Notes: generated by a model not told the origin, from the sequence alone. Counted from the stretch's first letter, positions 30,956 through 41,359 are shown. The stretch: 64,000 bases of DNA from Bacteroidia bacterium (GCA_025454975.1 JALONK010000010.1:2217-66216), one strand, 5' to 3'. Program-made: numbers and translations.

Positions 30956-31555
30956 CTTCAATCGTTTTCTCATTTCAATAAACGTTTGATATGGTCCCTC
31001 AGTAACAAATAAATTAATCAACCATGCCGGTACCAATCCGGCCGGATTGAAAAACAATTGGTATTCGCCTTTAATTTTATTTGCACCAATCGGAGTAAAT
31101 CGCCAAAAAGCTTTAGACTGTTTAATACGAATTCTATCCTCATTTTCTTTAACAATTCCATCTACTGTATGTGATTGTATTTCTACAACACCATCAGCCT
31201 TATGTGTTAAATTAAACTGTGATACTTGATCGCGGTCGCTTACAGGCCAAGGCGCATCAGTTACATAATAAAACAATACTTCGTTAGTGCCTTTTTTAAT
31301 GATAGAGGTTTCCTTACAAGCATAAACCCACTCGGGATACTTCTCAACCTCCATAATTACCTGAAGTAAGGTTCGCATATCAGTTTCAAGTTCCAACTCA
31401 GCACGAATTCCCTTCACAGGAAACTCCGGTGAGGATGAAGTATAAATTTGGATACCTTGACTGTTCTTCACCAGCTTCCATTTTTGTTGATGCTGAAAGC
31501 CTGTTAGAACAAAATAAAGTAGAAAAGTGCCAAGGACTTTTTCCGGTTGTTTCAT
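30947..31555 (-). CDS. START/SRPBCC lipid-binding domain protein
   Basis: WKLVKN..GIQIY, YPEWVYAC, APWPVSDRD, NPAG.VPAWL.N. Confidence 0.85.
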   Translation of the reverse strand: MKQPEKVLGTFLLYFVLTGFQHQQKWKLVKNSQGIQIYTSSSPEFPVKGIRAELELETDMRTLLQVIMEVEKYPEWVYACKETSIIKKGTNEVLFYYVTDAPWPVSDRDQVSQFNLTHKADGVVEIQSHTVDGIVKENEDRIRIKQSKAFWRFTPIGANKIKGEYQLFFNPAGLVPAWLINLFVTEGPYQTFIEMRKRLKKK

Positions 31556-31560
31556 TTAGT

Positions 31561-32733
31561 TTACACTTGTTTAGGCGCTCGTTTCGAACCTTTATACAAT
31601 TCGAATTTATGGAATTTGCATAAAAGTGGACCATTAAACAAATTTAATTTTGTTGAAGCTGCTAAACCTACTCTTTTCATCGCTTCTGCATTAGATGAAA
31701 TAATCCATGCAGCATATCCTTGAAAATCTTGTTTTAATTTATCACCCATCTGCTTATAAAAAATTGAAATTTCTTCAATAGGTAATCTTTCTCCATAAGG
31801 TGGATTAATCATTACAGTTCCTTCACTTGAGGCCGGAGGTTTTACTTCTTCAAATCTTTTATTGCTAAACACTACAAACTCATCTACCCCTGCCCTAACA
31901 GCATTTTGACGAGCAATTTCTATTGCCTTAAATGTTTTATCACTTCCTATTAGTTTACAAGCAGGTTCTATTACTAGTTGTTTAGCCTTTTCTATTGCTT
32001 GTTGCCAACTTTCTTTATTAAAACTTGGCCAATGTTTACAACCAAAATAACTTCTGAATAACCCGGGAGAAATTTGTGAGGCAATTAAGGCGGCTTCTAT
32101 AACCAAGGTTCCACTTCCACACATAGGGTCAATAAAAGTTGATTTTCCATCCCAGCCACTTAACAAAATCATTCCAGCAGCGGTAACTTCATTAATTGGT
32201 GCAATTGTTTGCTCTTTTTTATACCCTCGTCTATGTAAACTAATACCCGAACTGTCTAGTGAAACCTTTACTTCATCATTAACAATATGCAACATTACAC
32301 TTAAATGTGGTTCAGTTAAATCAACACTTGGCCGACGACCAAATTTCTCTCGGAACCTATCCACAATTGCATCTTTAGTTTTTTGTGCAAGAAACTGCGA
32401 ATGGTTAAATAATTTTGAATTTAAAACCACTGAAATGGCTAACGTACCATCTACATCCAATACTTCCTCCCATGCCATTTCTTTTATTTTTTTGTATAAA
32501 TCATGCTCACTTCTGATATGAAAGCTAGTGATAGGCACAAGAATTTTTAAGGCAGTTCGCAATTGAATATTTGCTGAATACATTACAGAAAGATCGCCTG
32601 AAAAAGATACAGCCCTGTTATAGGTTTCGATATCTTTCGCCCCAATAGATTCAAGTTCTTTGCTTAAAACCGGTTCGAGGTATTGCTGAGTGGTTGCCAC
32701 CATTTTAAAGGTGGTAGATTTAAAATTGAACAT
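31561..32733 (-). CDS. rlmL: THUMP-domain rRNA m2G methyltransferase (RlmL-like)
   Basis: LRTA, KDAIVD.F, LDSSG.SLHRRGY, DPMCGSGT..IEAA, NPPYGERL; TACCTTTG -7 element at 32745-32752. Confidence 0.88.
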   Translation of the reverse strand: MFNFKSTTFKMVATTQQYLEPVLSKELESIGAKDIETYNRAVSFSGDLSVMYSANIQLRTALKILVPITSFHIRSEHDLYKKIKEMAWEEVLDVDGTLAISVVLNSKLFNHSQFLAQKTKDAIVDRFREKFGRRPSVDLTEPHLSVMLHIVNDEVKVSLDSSGISLHRRGYKKEQTIAPINEVTAAGMILLSGWDGKSTFIDPMCGSGTLVIEAALIASQISPGLFRSYFGCKHWPSFNKESWQQAIEKAKQLVIEPACKLIGSDKTFKAIEIARQNAVRAGVDEFVVFSNKRFEEVKPPASSEGTVMINPPYGERLPIEEISIFYKQMGDKLKQDFQGYAAWIISSNAEAMKRVGLAASTKLNLFNGPLLCKFHKFELYKGSKRAPKQV

Positions 32734-32801
32734 AATTTATTAAACAAAGGTAACCAAAACACTCTTAGTATTATATTCGTCCCTGATTAGGGAAACATAA
32801 T

Positions 32802-34079
32802 ATGCATATTTTATTAATAGGTTCAGGAGGAAGAGAACACGCATTTGCACATCAATTAAAGAAAAGCAGTAAGTGTGATAAACTGTTTATCATGCCGGGA
32901 AATGCAGGTACCGCGCAGGAAGGAATAAATGTTCCGATAAATCCGCTCGACTTTGCAATGGTTGGAAAATTCTGTATTGATAACGAAATCGGGCTATTGA
33001 TTGTTGGTCCGGAAGAGCCACTGGTAAAAGGTTTAAGAAACTTTTTTATGGCCGATGATAAATTAAAACTGATTCCATTTGTTGGTCCAACCCAAGAAGG
33101 TGCCATTATTGAAGGTAGTAAAGATTGGAGTAAGGCATTTATGCAAAAATATAATATACCAACTGCAGCCTATCGTACCTTTACTTTTGAAACAATTCAT
33201 GAAGGGGTTGATTATATTAAGCAACATTCATTACCAATTGTATTAAAAGCAGATGGATTGGCAGCAGGTAAAGGTGTATTGATTTGTGAATCGCATGAAG
33301 AGGCAATAACTGAATTTCAATTAATGTTGAGGGAACAAAAATTTGGTGCGGCAAGTGCTAAAGTTGTTGTGGAGGCATTTATGAAAGGAATTGAATTATC
33401 AGTGTTTGTGTTAACAGATGGCTCGCATTATAAAATACTTCCTGAAGCTAAAGATTATAAGCGAATTGGAGAAGGAGATACCGGACTGAATACCGGAGGC
33501 ATGGGAGCCATTAGTCCTGTTCCATTTGCAGATGTTACCTTTATGAATAAAATTGAATCGCGGATAATTATCCCAACTATTCATGGTTTAAAAGAAGAAA
33601 AAATAGACTACAAAGGTTTTATATTTATTGGGATAATGAATATGAATAACGAACCGTTTGTTGTGGAATATAATTGCCGTATGGGCGATCCGGAAACAGA
33701 AGTAGTACTACCCCGAATGAATAGCGACCTGGCAGATTTATTACTTGCTGCTGCAACCGGAACATTAGCCGACCAAACCTTAAGTATAAGTAATCATCAT
33801 GCCGCTACAGTAATGATGGTGGCAGGCGGTTATCCCGAAACTTATGCCAAAGGAGATGTAATTACAGGATTAGAAAACGATACAAATGTTTTGGTATTTC
33901 ATGCAGGAACTACTAAAAATACTAAAGGTGAAATAATTACCAATGGAGGAAGGGTTATTGCTCTTACTTCATTAGGAGAGAATTTACATAGTTGCATTTA
34001 TCAATCATTACAGGTTGCTGAAAAAATTAATTTCAATAACAAATATTACCGCTCCGACATTGGATATGAATTCAAATAA
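32802..34079 (+). CDS. purD: Phosphoribosylamine--glycine ligase
   Basis: GSGGREHA, PGNAG, VGPE.PL, EGSK, KADGLAAGKGV, DYKR...GDTG.NTGGMG, EYNCR.GDPE. Confidence 0.97.
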   Translation: MHILLIGSGGREHAFAHQLKKSSKCDKLFIMPGNAGTAQEGINVPINPLDFAMVGKFCIDNEIGLLIVGPEEPLVKGLRNFFMADDKLKLIPFVGPTQEGAIIEGSKDWSKAFMQKYNIPTAAYRTFTFETIHEGVDYIKQHSLPIVLKADGLAAGKGVLICESHEEAITEFQLMLREQKFGAASAKVVVEAFMKGIELSVFVLTDGSHYKILPEAKDYKRIGEGDTGLNTGGMGAISPVPFADVTFMNKIESRIIIPTIHGLKEEKIDYKGFIFIGIMNMNNEPFVVEYNCRMGDPETEVVLPRMNSDLADLLLAAATGTLADQTLSISNHHAATVMMVAGGYPETYAKGDVITGLENDTNVLVFHAGTTKNTKGEIITNGGRVIALTSLGENLHSCIYQSLQVAEKINFNNKYYRSDIGYEFK

Positions 34080-34540
34080 TGTTTCACAATATGCTCAATA
34101 ATCTGAAAATATTTTTATTATTTATTGTTTTACTTGGGCTTACCAAAATTGGTGTAGCACAAGACACGTTGCTTATTAAATATAGCATAGATGTTAGGGT
34201 AACTAATAAAGCAGGCGAAAAGCTTTCAATGGGTTATTTAATCCGTTCTTGTAAAGAGGAAGGTATTGATGACGCAAAAAAATATTTTAGAAGAGCAAGG
34301 GCTATCAGGTGGTTTACCACACCATTTGCTTATGTTGGCGCAGGAGTATTCTTTTATCAAGTTCATTTAGCTTTTTCAGGAAAAACAACCCTAATGAATG
34401 ATGAAGCTTATTTGGGCTTAGGGTTGATGAGCGTGCAGTGGATTGCAGTATTAGGGTTTAAGGATGGTGCTATCAGAAGAGGAGTATCTATTTACAATGA
34501 AGCCATGTATCAAAAACGAATACAAGCCTCACTCAACTGA
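34079..34540 (+). CDS. Hypothetical membrane/exported protein
   Basis: Signal-like N-terminus plus two hydrophobic segments; TAATG overlap with purD; a later start is possible. Confidence 0.65.
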   Translation: MFHNMLNNLKIFLLFIVLLGLTKIGVAQDTLLIKYSIDVRVTNKAGEKLSMGYLIRSCKEEGIDDAKKYFRRARAIRWFTTPFAYVGAGVFFYQVHLAFSGKTTLMNDEAYLGLGLMSVQWIAVLGFKDGAIRRGVSIYNEAMYQKRIQASLN

Positions 34541-34560
34541 ATTTAACCACAACTTACAAG

Positions 34561-35760
34561 ATGCCACATTTATCTAATAGAGAACTTTTTTTATTGCATC
34601 AGGCACAAACTACCAAATTTCCGTTGTTGCTTGAATTTGTTCGTGCAAATGGCATTTACCTGTATGATGTTAACAACAAACCCTATATTGATTTTATATC
34701 GGGCATAAGTGTTAGTAATCTTGGTCATGGAAACAAATCCGTAATAGAAGCCATAAAATCACAGGCAGAAAGTTATATGCATCAAATGGTATATGGTGAA
34801 TATATTCAATCCCCGCAAATAAAACTTGCAAAAGCTCTTACTGATGTACTACCTCCAAGCTTAAACAGTGTATATTTTGTAAACTCAGGAACGGAAGCCA
34901 CGGAAGGTGCGCTTAAATTGGCAAAAAGGGTTACAGGTAACAGCAAAATTTTCGCCTTTAAACAAGCTTATCATGGAAGCACACATGGTGCATTAAGTTT
35001 AAATAGTAACGAATACTTTAAACAAGCCTTCCGTCCGTTATTACCCGATATTGGGTTTTTAGACTATGAAGATGAATCATCATTATTACAAATAGATAAA
35101 CAAACAGCATGTGTGTTCGTTGAAATTGTACGAAGTGAAACGGGCTATATTCCGGTTAGTAAAAACTTCTTACACCAATTGCAAAAACGTTGTAATGACA
35201 CATGTACATTGTTGGTGGTTGACGAGATTCAAACAGGTTTCGGTAGAACCGGTAGCTTATTTGCATTTGAACAGGCCGGCATTGTACCCGATATTTTATT
35301 ATTAGGAAAGGCACTAGGGGCCGGACTTCCCATGGGTGCATTTATAGCCTCCAATTCATTAATGTCAACACTTGCATACGACCCAATATTAGGTCATATA
35401 ACTACATTTGGTGGCAATCCTGTGGTTTGTGCAGCAGCATTAGCCGGATTTAATGAATTGCGCAATGGTTCAATAATTGAGCAAGTTGTGGCTAAAGAAA
35501 ATCAAATTAGAAATTATTTTAAACAGGCCGGACTTTCCGAATTAAGTGGTAAAGGATTAATGTTAGCATATCCGTTCCCTGATTTTACCACCTGTAAAAC
35601 TTGCATTGATGCGTGTATTGAAGATGGTTTACTTACAGATTGGTTTTTATTTGCAGATAATTGCATGAGGATTGCTCCACCATTAATTATTACTCCTGAG
35701 GAAATTGAAAAAGCCTGTTCAATAATCATAAAAAATATAAAAAAAGTAAGTTGTGATTAA
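34561..35760 (+). CDS. Class III PLP-dependent aminotransferase (ArgD-like)
   Basis: DFISGISV..LGH, NSGTEATEGALK, YHGST, DEIQTGFGRTG, PDI..LGKALG, TTFGGNP. Confidence 0.9.
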   Translation: MPHLSNRELFLLHQAQTTKFPLLLEFVRANGIYLYDVNNKPYIDFISGISVSNLGHGNKSVIEAIKSQAESYMHQMVYGEYIQSPQIKLAKALTDVLPPSLNSVYFVNSGTEATEGALKLAKRVTGNSKIFAFKQAYHGSTHGALSLNSNEYFKQAFRPLLPDIGFLDYEDESSLLQIDKQTACVFVEIVRSETGYIPVSKNFLHQLQKRCNDTCTLLVVDEIQTGFGRTGSLFAFEQAGIVPDILLLGKALGAGLPMGAFIASNSLMSTLAYDPILGHITTFGGNPVVCAAALAGFNELRNGSIIEQVVAKENQIRNYFKQAGLSELSGKGLMLAYPFPDFTTCKTCIDACIEDGLLTDWFLFADNCMRIAPPLIITPEEIEKACSIIIKNIKKVSCD

Positions 35761-35785
35761 ACCTTATGGATAATTATACATCTTA
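35756..35785 (+). promoter_or_regulatory. Candidate ECF-sigma promoter, copy 3
   Basis: ATTAAACCTT-N14-ATCTTA, 21 nt before the lipoprotein ATG 35807. Confidence 0.6.
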
Positions 35786-35806
35786 GTGTTATAAACCAAT
35801 TACAGT

Positions 35807-36604
35807 ATGAAAAAGTCAATTTTATTAGGATGCCTATTCGCTTTAAGCGCATCGTTATCAATTGTTGCCTGTAAAAAAGATAAAGAAGAAAACCTTGATG
35901 TAGAAACCCAAACGGCTGCCGACCAATCCAGTTCGGAAGGTTTTTTTAGTGACATTTATAATCAGGTTGAAGAAGCCTCTAATTCGGCAGGATTAGGTAA
36001 ATCAGGCCCCACAGTTATTGTTGATTCCTTATCAACGCCACGTACTATGGTAATTGATTATGGAATTAATACTTTATGCAATGATGGTAAAACAAGAGCA
36101 GGAAAAATAAGAGTTAGTTGGACAGGACGTTACCGTCAGGCAGGAACTTTAATCACCATAACGCCTGATTCATTTTATCAAAACGGAAACAAAATTGAAG
36201 GTGTAAAAACTGTTTTAAATAATGGTAGAAACACAAGAGGTAATTTAAATTATACCGTTACTGTTTCTAACGCAAAAATCACATTTATTGATGGAAGAAT
36301 TTCAACTTGGAATGCAACAAGAAATCGTGAATGGACAGCAGGTGAAAATACTTTGGCATGGAACGATGATGTTTATTTAATTACCGGAAACGCGAATGGT
36401 ACAGCCAGAAATGGTATTAGTTACACCTCCGATATTACTAATGCTTTAAGGGTTGATTTGAGTTGCACACATCGTTTAACTGCCGGAACAATTGAAATTA
36501 GACCAACAGGAAAACTTTCACGAACTATTGATTATGGAAACGGTATTTGTGATCAAACATTTACAGTTAGTATTGGTGGAAGAACCTTTACTGTAAATTT
36601 ATAA
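35807..36604 (+). CDS. Hypothetical beta-rich lipoprotein
   Basis: Lipobox IVAC followed by KKDKEE; IDYG...C.DG..R.GKI and C-terminal IDYGNG.CD motifs. Confidence 0.8.
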   Translation: MKKSILLGCLFALSASLSIVACKKDKEENLDVETQTAADQSSSEGFFSDIYNQVEEASNSAGLGKSGPTVIVDSLSTPRTMVIDYGINTLCNDGKTRAGKIRVSWTGRYRQAGTLITITPDSFYQNGNKIEGVKTVLNNGRNTRGNLNYTVTVSNAKITFIDGRISTWNATRNREWTAGENTLAWNDDVYLITGNANGTARNGISYTSDITNALRVDLSCTHRLTAGTIEIRPTGKLSRTIDYGNGICDQTFTVSIGGRTFTVNL

Positions 36605-36626
36605 TTAAACTGATTGCATAATTATG

Positions 36627-36659
36627 AAGGTTACCGTTAACAGATGGTAACCTTTTTTT
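36627..36659 (+). terminator. Intrinsic terminator
   Basis: AAGGTTACCGT-N6-ATGGTAACCTT followed by a T run. Confidence 0.85.
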
Positions 36660-37380
36660 ATAAACTTACTAATGCAGCTAAGCCAATGCCTGCAAGCATC
36701 GCAAGTACTTTTACCATATTAAACTTGTGGTTTTCCGACGACTCAAACAAAATGGTTGTAGCAATATGTAAAAATGTACCAACTACAAATGCCATTAAAT
36801 ATTCGAACATTGAATGAGGCACACTATCTTTTAATAATGAACTCATAACTACTCCGGTTGTGCTCATTGATGAATATACAACAACAAATAATAACAATTT
36901 ACTGTTGCTAAGTTTAGCAGCTTTTAAAATGCTAACCATGGCAAATGCAGCCGGCATTTCATGACTAACAATTCCGAATAAAAAAGATAACTGTCCGTTA
37001 GAATTTTCCAATAATCCACTTCCCAGAGGCATACCCTCCATAAAACTATGCAAGCTTAAACTTATCAAAATTTCATAAGGAATATAATTCGACTTAGAAG
37101 ATTGTTGATGAATGTGAAGATGACCATGTTCAACACCTCTCGAAAACTTCTCTAAATAAACTTGAAAGAAAAATCCTGATAAAATTAATATTCCGGAAAC
37201 AACATTAAACTCGGTGTATAAGTGAGGTATCAGGTGAAACAATACAACAGATAACAAATAAGCACCGGCAAACGACAATAAGATTTTAAGTTGATTTTGC
37301 TTTTGGATATTTGTATAAAAACCAATAAGTCCACCTATAAGTGGAAAGCCAATAAGCAATATGTACATCCACCACTTCAT
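36658..37380 (-). CDS. ZIP-family metal transporter
   Basis: EHGHLHIH loop, LHSFMEG, HEMPAAF, multiple TMs. Confidence 0.9.
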   Translation of the reverse strand: MKWWMYILLIGFPLIGGLIGFYTNIQKQNQLKILLSFAGAYLLSVVLFHLIPHLYTEFNVVSGILILSGFFFQVYLEKFSRGVEHGHLHIHQQSSKSNYIPYEILISLSLHSFMEGMPLGSGLLENSNGQLSFLFGIVSHEMPAAFAMVSILKAAKLSNSKLLLFVVVYSSMSTTGVVMSSLLKDSVPHSMFEYLMAFVVGTFLHIATTILFESSENHKFNMVKVLAMLAGIGLAALVSL

Positions 37381-37943
37381 GCCAACTTAAGCAATTTATG
37401 ATAAGTAACTTTACCAAATAAAAAACCTAATATACTTCCTACAATCGCTCCACAAATAACATCGAAAGGGTAATGCACACCAACATATACTTGGGAAAAG
37501 GCAATTGATGCTGCCCAAAGTGGTGCTGCATAATACAAGAATTTAAATTTATTACCCATTAACACTATAACGTAAATAGCTAAAGCAAAATGATTCGTAG
37601 CATGCGCACTAATAAAACTAAAGCCCTTACCACAGTTAACCAACAAATGCACTTGATCTTTAAGTAAAGGTTGATTGCAAGGTCGCAAACGTTCAAACGT
37701 ATTTTTGATTAAATTAGCACTGAACTGGTCGGCAACACCAACAAGCACACCTGCTATAGCTAATAATAGAAATGCCTTTGTACCAAATTGTTTATACCAA
37801 ACATAAACCAGTATTAAATATAGAGGTATCCACATTTTGGGCTCACGCAAAAACGGACATATCATGTTGAAAAAGGAATTCTCTAATCCATTATTCACAG
37901 CCAAAAACCAAACAGTATCAATATGATTTAAGTATTCTATCAA
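37377..37943 (-). CDS. PAP2-family membrane phosphatase
   Basis: K..FERLRPC, SF.SAHA, SQVYVGVHYPFD; TTG start overlapping the upstream TGA. Confidence 0.88.
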   Translation of the reverse strand: MIEYLNHIDTVWFLAVNNGLENSFFNMICPFLREPKMWIPLYLILVYVWYKQFGTKAFLLLAIAGVLVGVADQFSANLIKNTFERLRPCNQPLLKDQVHLLVNCGKGFSFISAHATNHFALAIYVIVLMGNKFKFLYYAAPLWAASIAFSQVYVGVHYPFDVICGAIVGSILGFLFGKVTYHKLLKLA

Positions 37944-38686
37944 ACGACTTTAGCAATTAAAATTAATCTTTCACTACTTTGTTGTTCAAACGGAGTTAAT
38001 GCATAATTACCGAAAACATTAATGAGTTCAAATCCTGTTCGGCTAAACAAATGCTTAAAATCGCTTAAGTTTAAAATTTGTACCTCTTCATAAAAGCTAA
38101 AATTTTTTCCTTGGTCGTTAAAAGTAATATGTTTTGTTATCAACCCTTTTTTTATTTCTTTTTTGATTTGAAAGTTAATTCCTTCAATTTCCTTTTCCTC
38201 AAAAGGTTTTAGTTTACCGGCAACCAAGTCCACATTCATAAAGTCGATAACCAGAACACCGTTAGGTTTAAGAGAGTGATGAATTTCCTTTAACACTTTC
38301 ACATTGGTTTCATCACAATCAAAATAGCCAAAACTTGTAAATAAGTTTAACCCAAAATCAAACTTATGCTGATAAGGTAACATGCGAAGGTCTTGTACTT
38401 CAAACCTTAATGCATCATTTTGATACACGGATGCAGCTTTTATGCTAGAGGCAGATAAATCAATACCGGTAACATTAAAACCCAGTTGATTCAAAAAAAT
38501 ACTGTGTCGTCCTTTTCCACATGCCAAATCAATTAACAGTTGTTCCGGTTTTGGTTTTAAATAAGCAACTAAATTTCGCAAAAAGAACTCAGCCTCATTC
38601 ATATCTCTGTTTTTGTAGAGAATATGATAATATGGCGAATCAAACCATTCGCTAAACCATTCTTTATTGCCTTGCATTGGGTACAA
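37940..38686 (-). CDS. Class I SAM-dependent methyltransferase
   Basis: WFDSPYYHILY, DLACGKGRH, GIDLS, NLFTSFGYF. Confidence 0.9.
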   Translation of the reverse strand: MYPMQGNKEWFSEWFDSPYYHILYKNRDMNEAEFFLRNLVAYLKPKPEQLLIDLACGKGRHSIFLNQLGFNVTGIDLSASSIKAASVYQNDALRFEVQDLRMLPYQHKFDFGLNLFTSFGYFDCDETNVKVLKEIHHSLKPNGVLVIDFMNVDLVAGKLKPFEEKEIEGINFQIKKEIKKGLITKHITFNDQGKNFSFYEEVQILNLSDFKHLFSRTGFELINVFGNYALTPFEQQSSERLILIAKVV

Positions 38687-38811
38687 GTTTACGGCATTTT
38701 ATGAATACATCCCATTAAACTGCTAAATTATAATCGTAATCAGCGCTTTATAAATCAAACTTGGTTTGCTTTGATTCAAATGATATTTTTGCGCACCCAA
38801 AAACAGACACA

Positions 38812-40224
38812 GTGACGTTAATTAAATCAATTTCAGGAATTAGAGGTACCATAGGCGGCAAAGCCGGTGATTCATTAACACCGATAGATGTAGTGAAATA
38901 TGCAGCAGCTTTCGGTTCAATTATCAAACAAGACAAAGAAAAATGTAAAATAGTAGTAGGTAGGGATGCCCGTATCAGTGGCGATATGGTAAACCGATTA
39001 GTTACAGGCACATTAATTAGTTTAGGAATTGATGTGGTTGATCTAGGATTAAGCACCACACCTACTGTTGAACTAATGGTGAAAGACGAAAATGCTGACG
39101 GAGGAATTATCCTTACAGCAAGTCATAATCCAAAACAGTGGAATGCTTTAAAACTATTAAATGAAAAAGGTGAATTTATCAGTGATGAACAAGGCAAGTT
39201 AGTTTTAGCCAAAGGTGATAAAGGTGAATTTGAATTTGCTCAGGTTGATAAATTAGGTATTGTTTCAGAAAGAAGGAATGCCATTAAAAAACATATTGAT
39301 AAAATTCTCGCTTTAGAGTTGGTGGATGTTGAAGCTATAAAAGCACGTAAGTTTAAGATTGCTGTTGATGCAGTTAATTCTTCGGGTGGAATTGCCGTTC
39401 CGATGTTGTTAAAAGCATTAGGTGTTGAAGATATTATAGAAATTTATTGCACACCGGATGGGAAATTCCCTCACAATCCTGAACCACTTCCTGAGCATTT
39501 ACACGAGATTTCATCAGAGGTTAAAAGAAACAAAGCTGATTTAGGAATTGTTGTTGACCCTGATGTAGATCGTTTGGCGTTGGTTTGCGAAGATGGAAGC
39601 ATGTTTGGGGAAGAATATACATTAGTTGCAATTGCCGATTACGTGTTAAAAAACACCACAGACGAACAACTTGCTAAAGGAAATTTCTTACGTAATACCG
39701 TTTCAAATTTATCATCAACCCGCGCACTTCGAGATATAACCGAAAAGAACAAAGGCAGTTATAAAGCCAGTGCTGTAGGTGAGGTAAACGTGGTAAAGTT
39801 GATGAAGGAAACACAATCTGTTATTGGAGGTGAAGGAAACGGAGGAATCATTTATCCTGAGAGTCATTACGGTAGAGATGCTATGGTTGGTATAGCACTA
39901 TTTTTAAGTCACTTGGCTAAGTCGAAAAAGTTATGCAGTATTTTGCGTAGCGGTTATCCTGATTATTTTATTGCTAAGAAAAAAATTGAATTAACACCGG
40001 ATATTAATTTGGATGCATTAATGCATAAAATCCAAGACAAATACAGCAAACATCCAATTAATACAATTGATGGTGTAAAAATTGAATTTGATAAAGAGTG
40101 GGTTCACTTGCGTCGCTCAAATACCGAACCAATAATTAGAATTTACGCTGAAAGTCAAAGTGAAGCAACTGCTAATCATCTTGCTGAAAAATTGATAAGC
40201 GACATGAAACAATTTATAAAGTAA
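38812..40224 (+). CDS. glmM: Phosphoglucosamine mutase (alpha-D-phosphohexomutase family)
   Basis: GTG start giving MTLIKSISGIRG; TASHNP, DPDVDR, GGEGNGG, RRSNTEP; TATTTTTG at 38784-38791. Confidence 0.88.
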   Translation: MTLIKSISGIRGTIGGKAGDSLTPIDVVKYAAAFGSIIKQDKEKCKIVVGRDARISGDMVNRLVTGTLISLGIDVVDLGLSTTPTVELMVKDENADGGIILTASHNPKQWNALKLLNEKGEFISDEQGKLVLAKGDKGEFEFAQVDKLGIVSERRNAIKKHIDKILALELVDVEAIKARKFKIAVDAVNSSGGIAVPMLLKALGVEDIIEIYCTPDGKFPHNPEPLPEHLHEISSEVKRNKADLGIVVDPDVDRLALVCEDGSMFGEEYTLVAIADYVLKNTTDEQLAKGNFLRNTVSNLSSTRALRDITEKNKGSYKASAVGEVNVVKLMKETQSVIGGEGNGGIIYPESHYGRDAMVGIALFLSHLAKSKKLCSILRSGYPDYFIAKKKIELTPDINLDALMHKIQDKYSKHPINTIDGVKIEFDKEWVHLRRSNTEPIIRIYAESQSEATANHLAEKLISDMKQFIK

Positions 40225-40256
40225 TAATAGAATAATAAAACCAGGACCTAATCAAT

Positions 40257-41354
40257 ATGGGATTAAAATGCGGTATAGTAGGATTACCAAACGTGGGTAA
40301 ATCAACTTTGTTTAATTGTTTGAGTAACGCCAAAGCACAAGCAGCTAACTTTCCTTTTTGTACAATTGAACCAAATGTGGGTACTATTACAGTACCTGAT
40401 GAAAGGTTAAATGCATTAGCAGAGCTTGTAAATCCGCAACGCATAGTGCCAACCACGATAGAAATTGTTGACATTGCAGGATTAGTAAAAGGAGCAAGTA
40501 AAGGCGAAGGATTAGGCAATCAATTCTTAGCTAATATTCGAGAGACTGATGCTATTTTACATGTATTAAGATGCTTCGATAATGAAAATATTATTCACGT
40601 AGATGGTAGTGTTAATCCTTTGCGTGACAAAGAGATTATTGACACAGAATTGCAACTTAAAGACTTAGATAGTATTGAGAAAAAGCTGCAACGAATCAGC
40701 AGGGCTGCAAAAACCGGTGATAAAGAGGCTGCAAAGGCAGAAGCTGCATTGTTAAAATATAAAAATCATTTAGAGTCAGGTCAATCAGCAAGAAATTGTC
40801 CGGCTGATGATGAAGAGAAAAAACACGTAGAAGATATTTTTCTTCTTACGGCTAAACCTGTATTGTATGTGTGTAATGTTGATGAATCGTCGGTAGTTAA
40901 TGGAAATGCTTATGTAAATGCAGTGAAAGAGGCTGCTCAAAAAGAAGGTGCCGGAATATTGATTATAAGTGCAGCTATTGAATCGGAAATTGCCGGATTA
41001 GAAAGTTTCGACGACAGACAAGCGTTTTTAGCTGACTTAGGATTAACTGAATCAGGAGTAGCGAAACTAATTAAAGAAGCATATAAACTATTAAACCTAA
41101 TCACCTATTTTACAGCCGGTGTGCAAGAAGTTAGGGCATGGACAATTACCAATGGTTTTAAGGCACCTCAAGCTGCCGGTGTAATTCATACCGACTTTGA
41201 AAAGGGATTTATTAGAGCTGAAGTTATTGGTTATGATGATTACCTTAATTTTAAATCTGAAGCTGCGGTAAAAGAAGCAGGTAAAATGCGTGTAGAAGGA
41301 AAAGAATATTTAGTACATGACGGCGACATCATGCATTTCAGATTTAATGTTTAA
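40257..41354 (+). CDS. ychF: Ribosome-binding ATPase YchF
   Basis: GIVGLPNVGKSTLFN, ANFPFCTIEPN, DIAGLV.GAS.GEGLGN, IHTDFEKGFI, FRFNV. Confidence 0.98.
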   Translation: MGLKCGIVGLPNVGKSTLFNCLSNAKAQAANFPFCTIEPNVGTITVPDERLNALAELVNPQRIVPTTIEIVDIAGLVKGASKGEGLGNQFLANIRETDAILHVLRCFDNENIIHVDGSVNPLRDKEIIDTELQLKDLDSIEKKLQRISRAAKTGDKEAAKAEAALLKYKNHLESGQSARNCPADDEEKKHVEDIFLLTAKPVLYVCNVDESSVVNGNAYVNAVKEAAQKEGAGILIISAAIESEIAGLESFDDRQAFLADLGLTESGVAKLIKEAYKLLNLITYFTAGVQEVRAWTITNGFKAPQAAGVIHTDFEKGFIRAEVIGYDDYLNFKSEAAVKEAGKMRVEGKEYLVHDGDIMHFRFNV

Positions 41355-41359
41355 TTAAA

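Noticed and set aside
38714-38743. ATTAAACTG upstream of glmM as a fourth ECF motif copy
   Set aside because: -35 part diverges and no ATCT at the 14-nt spacing.
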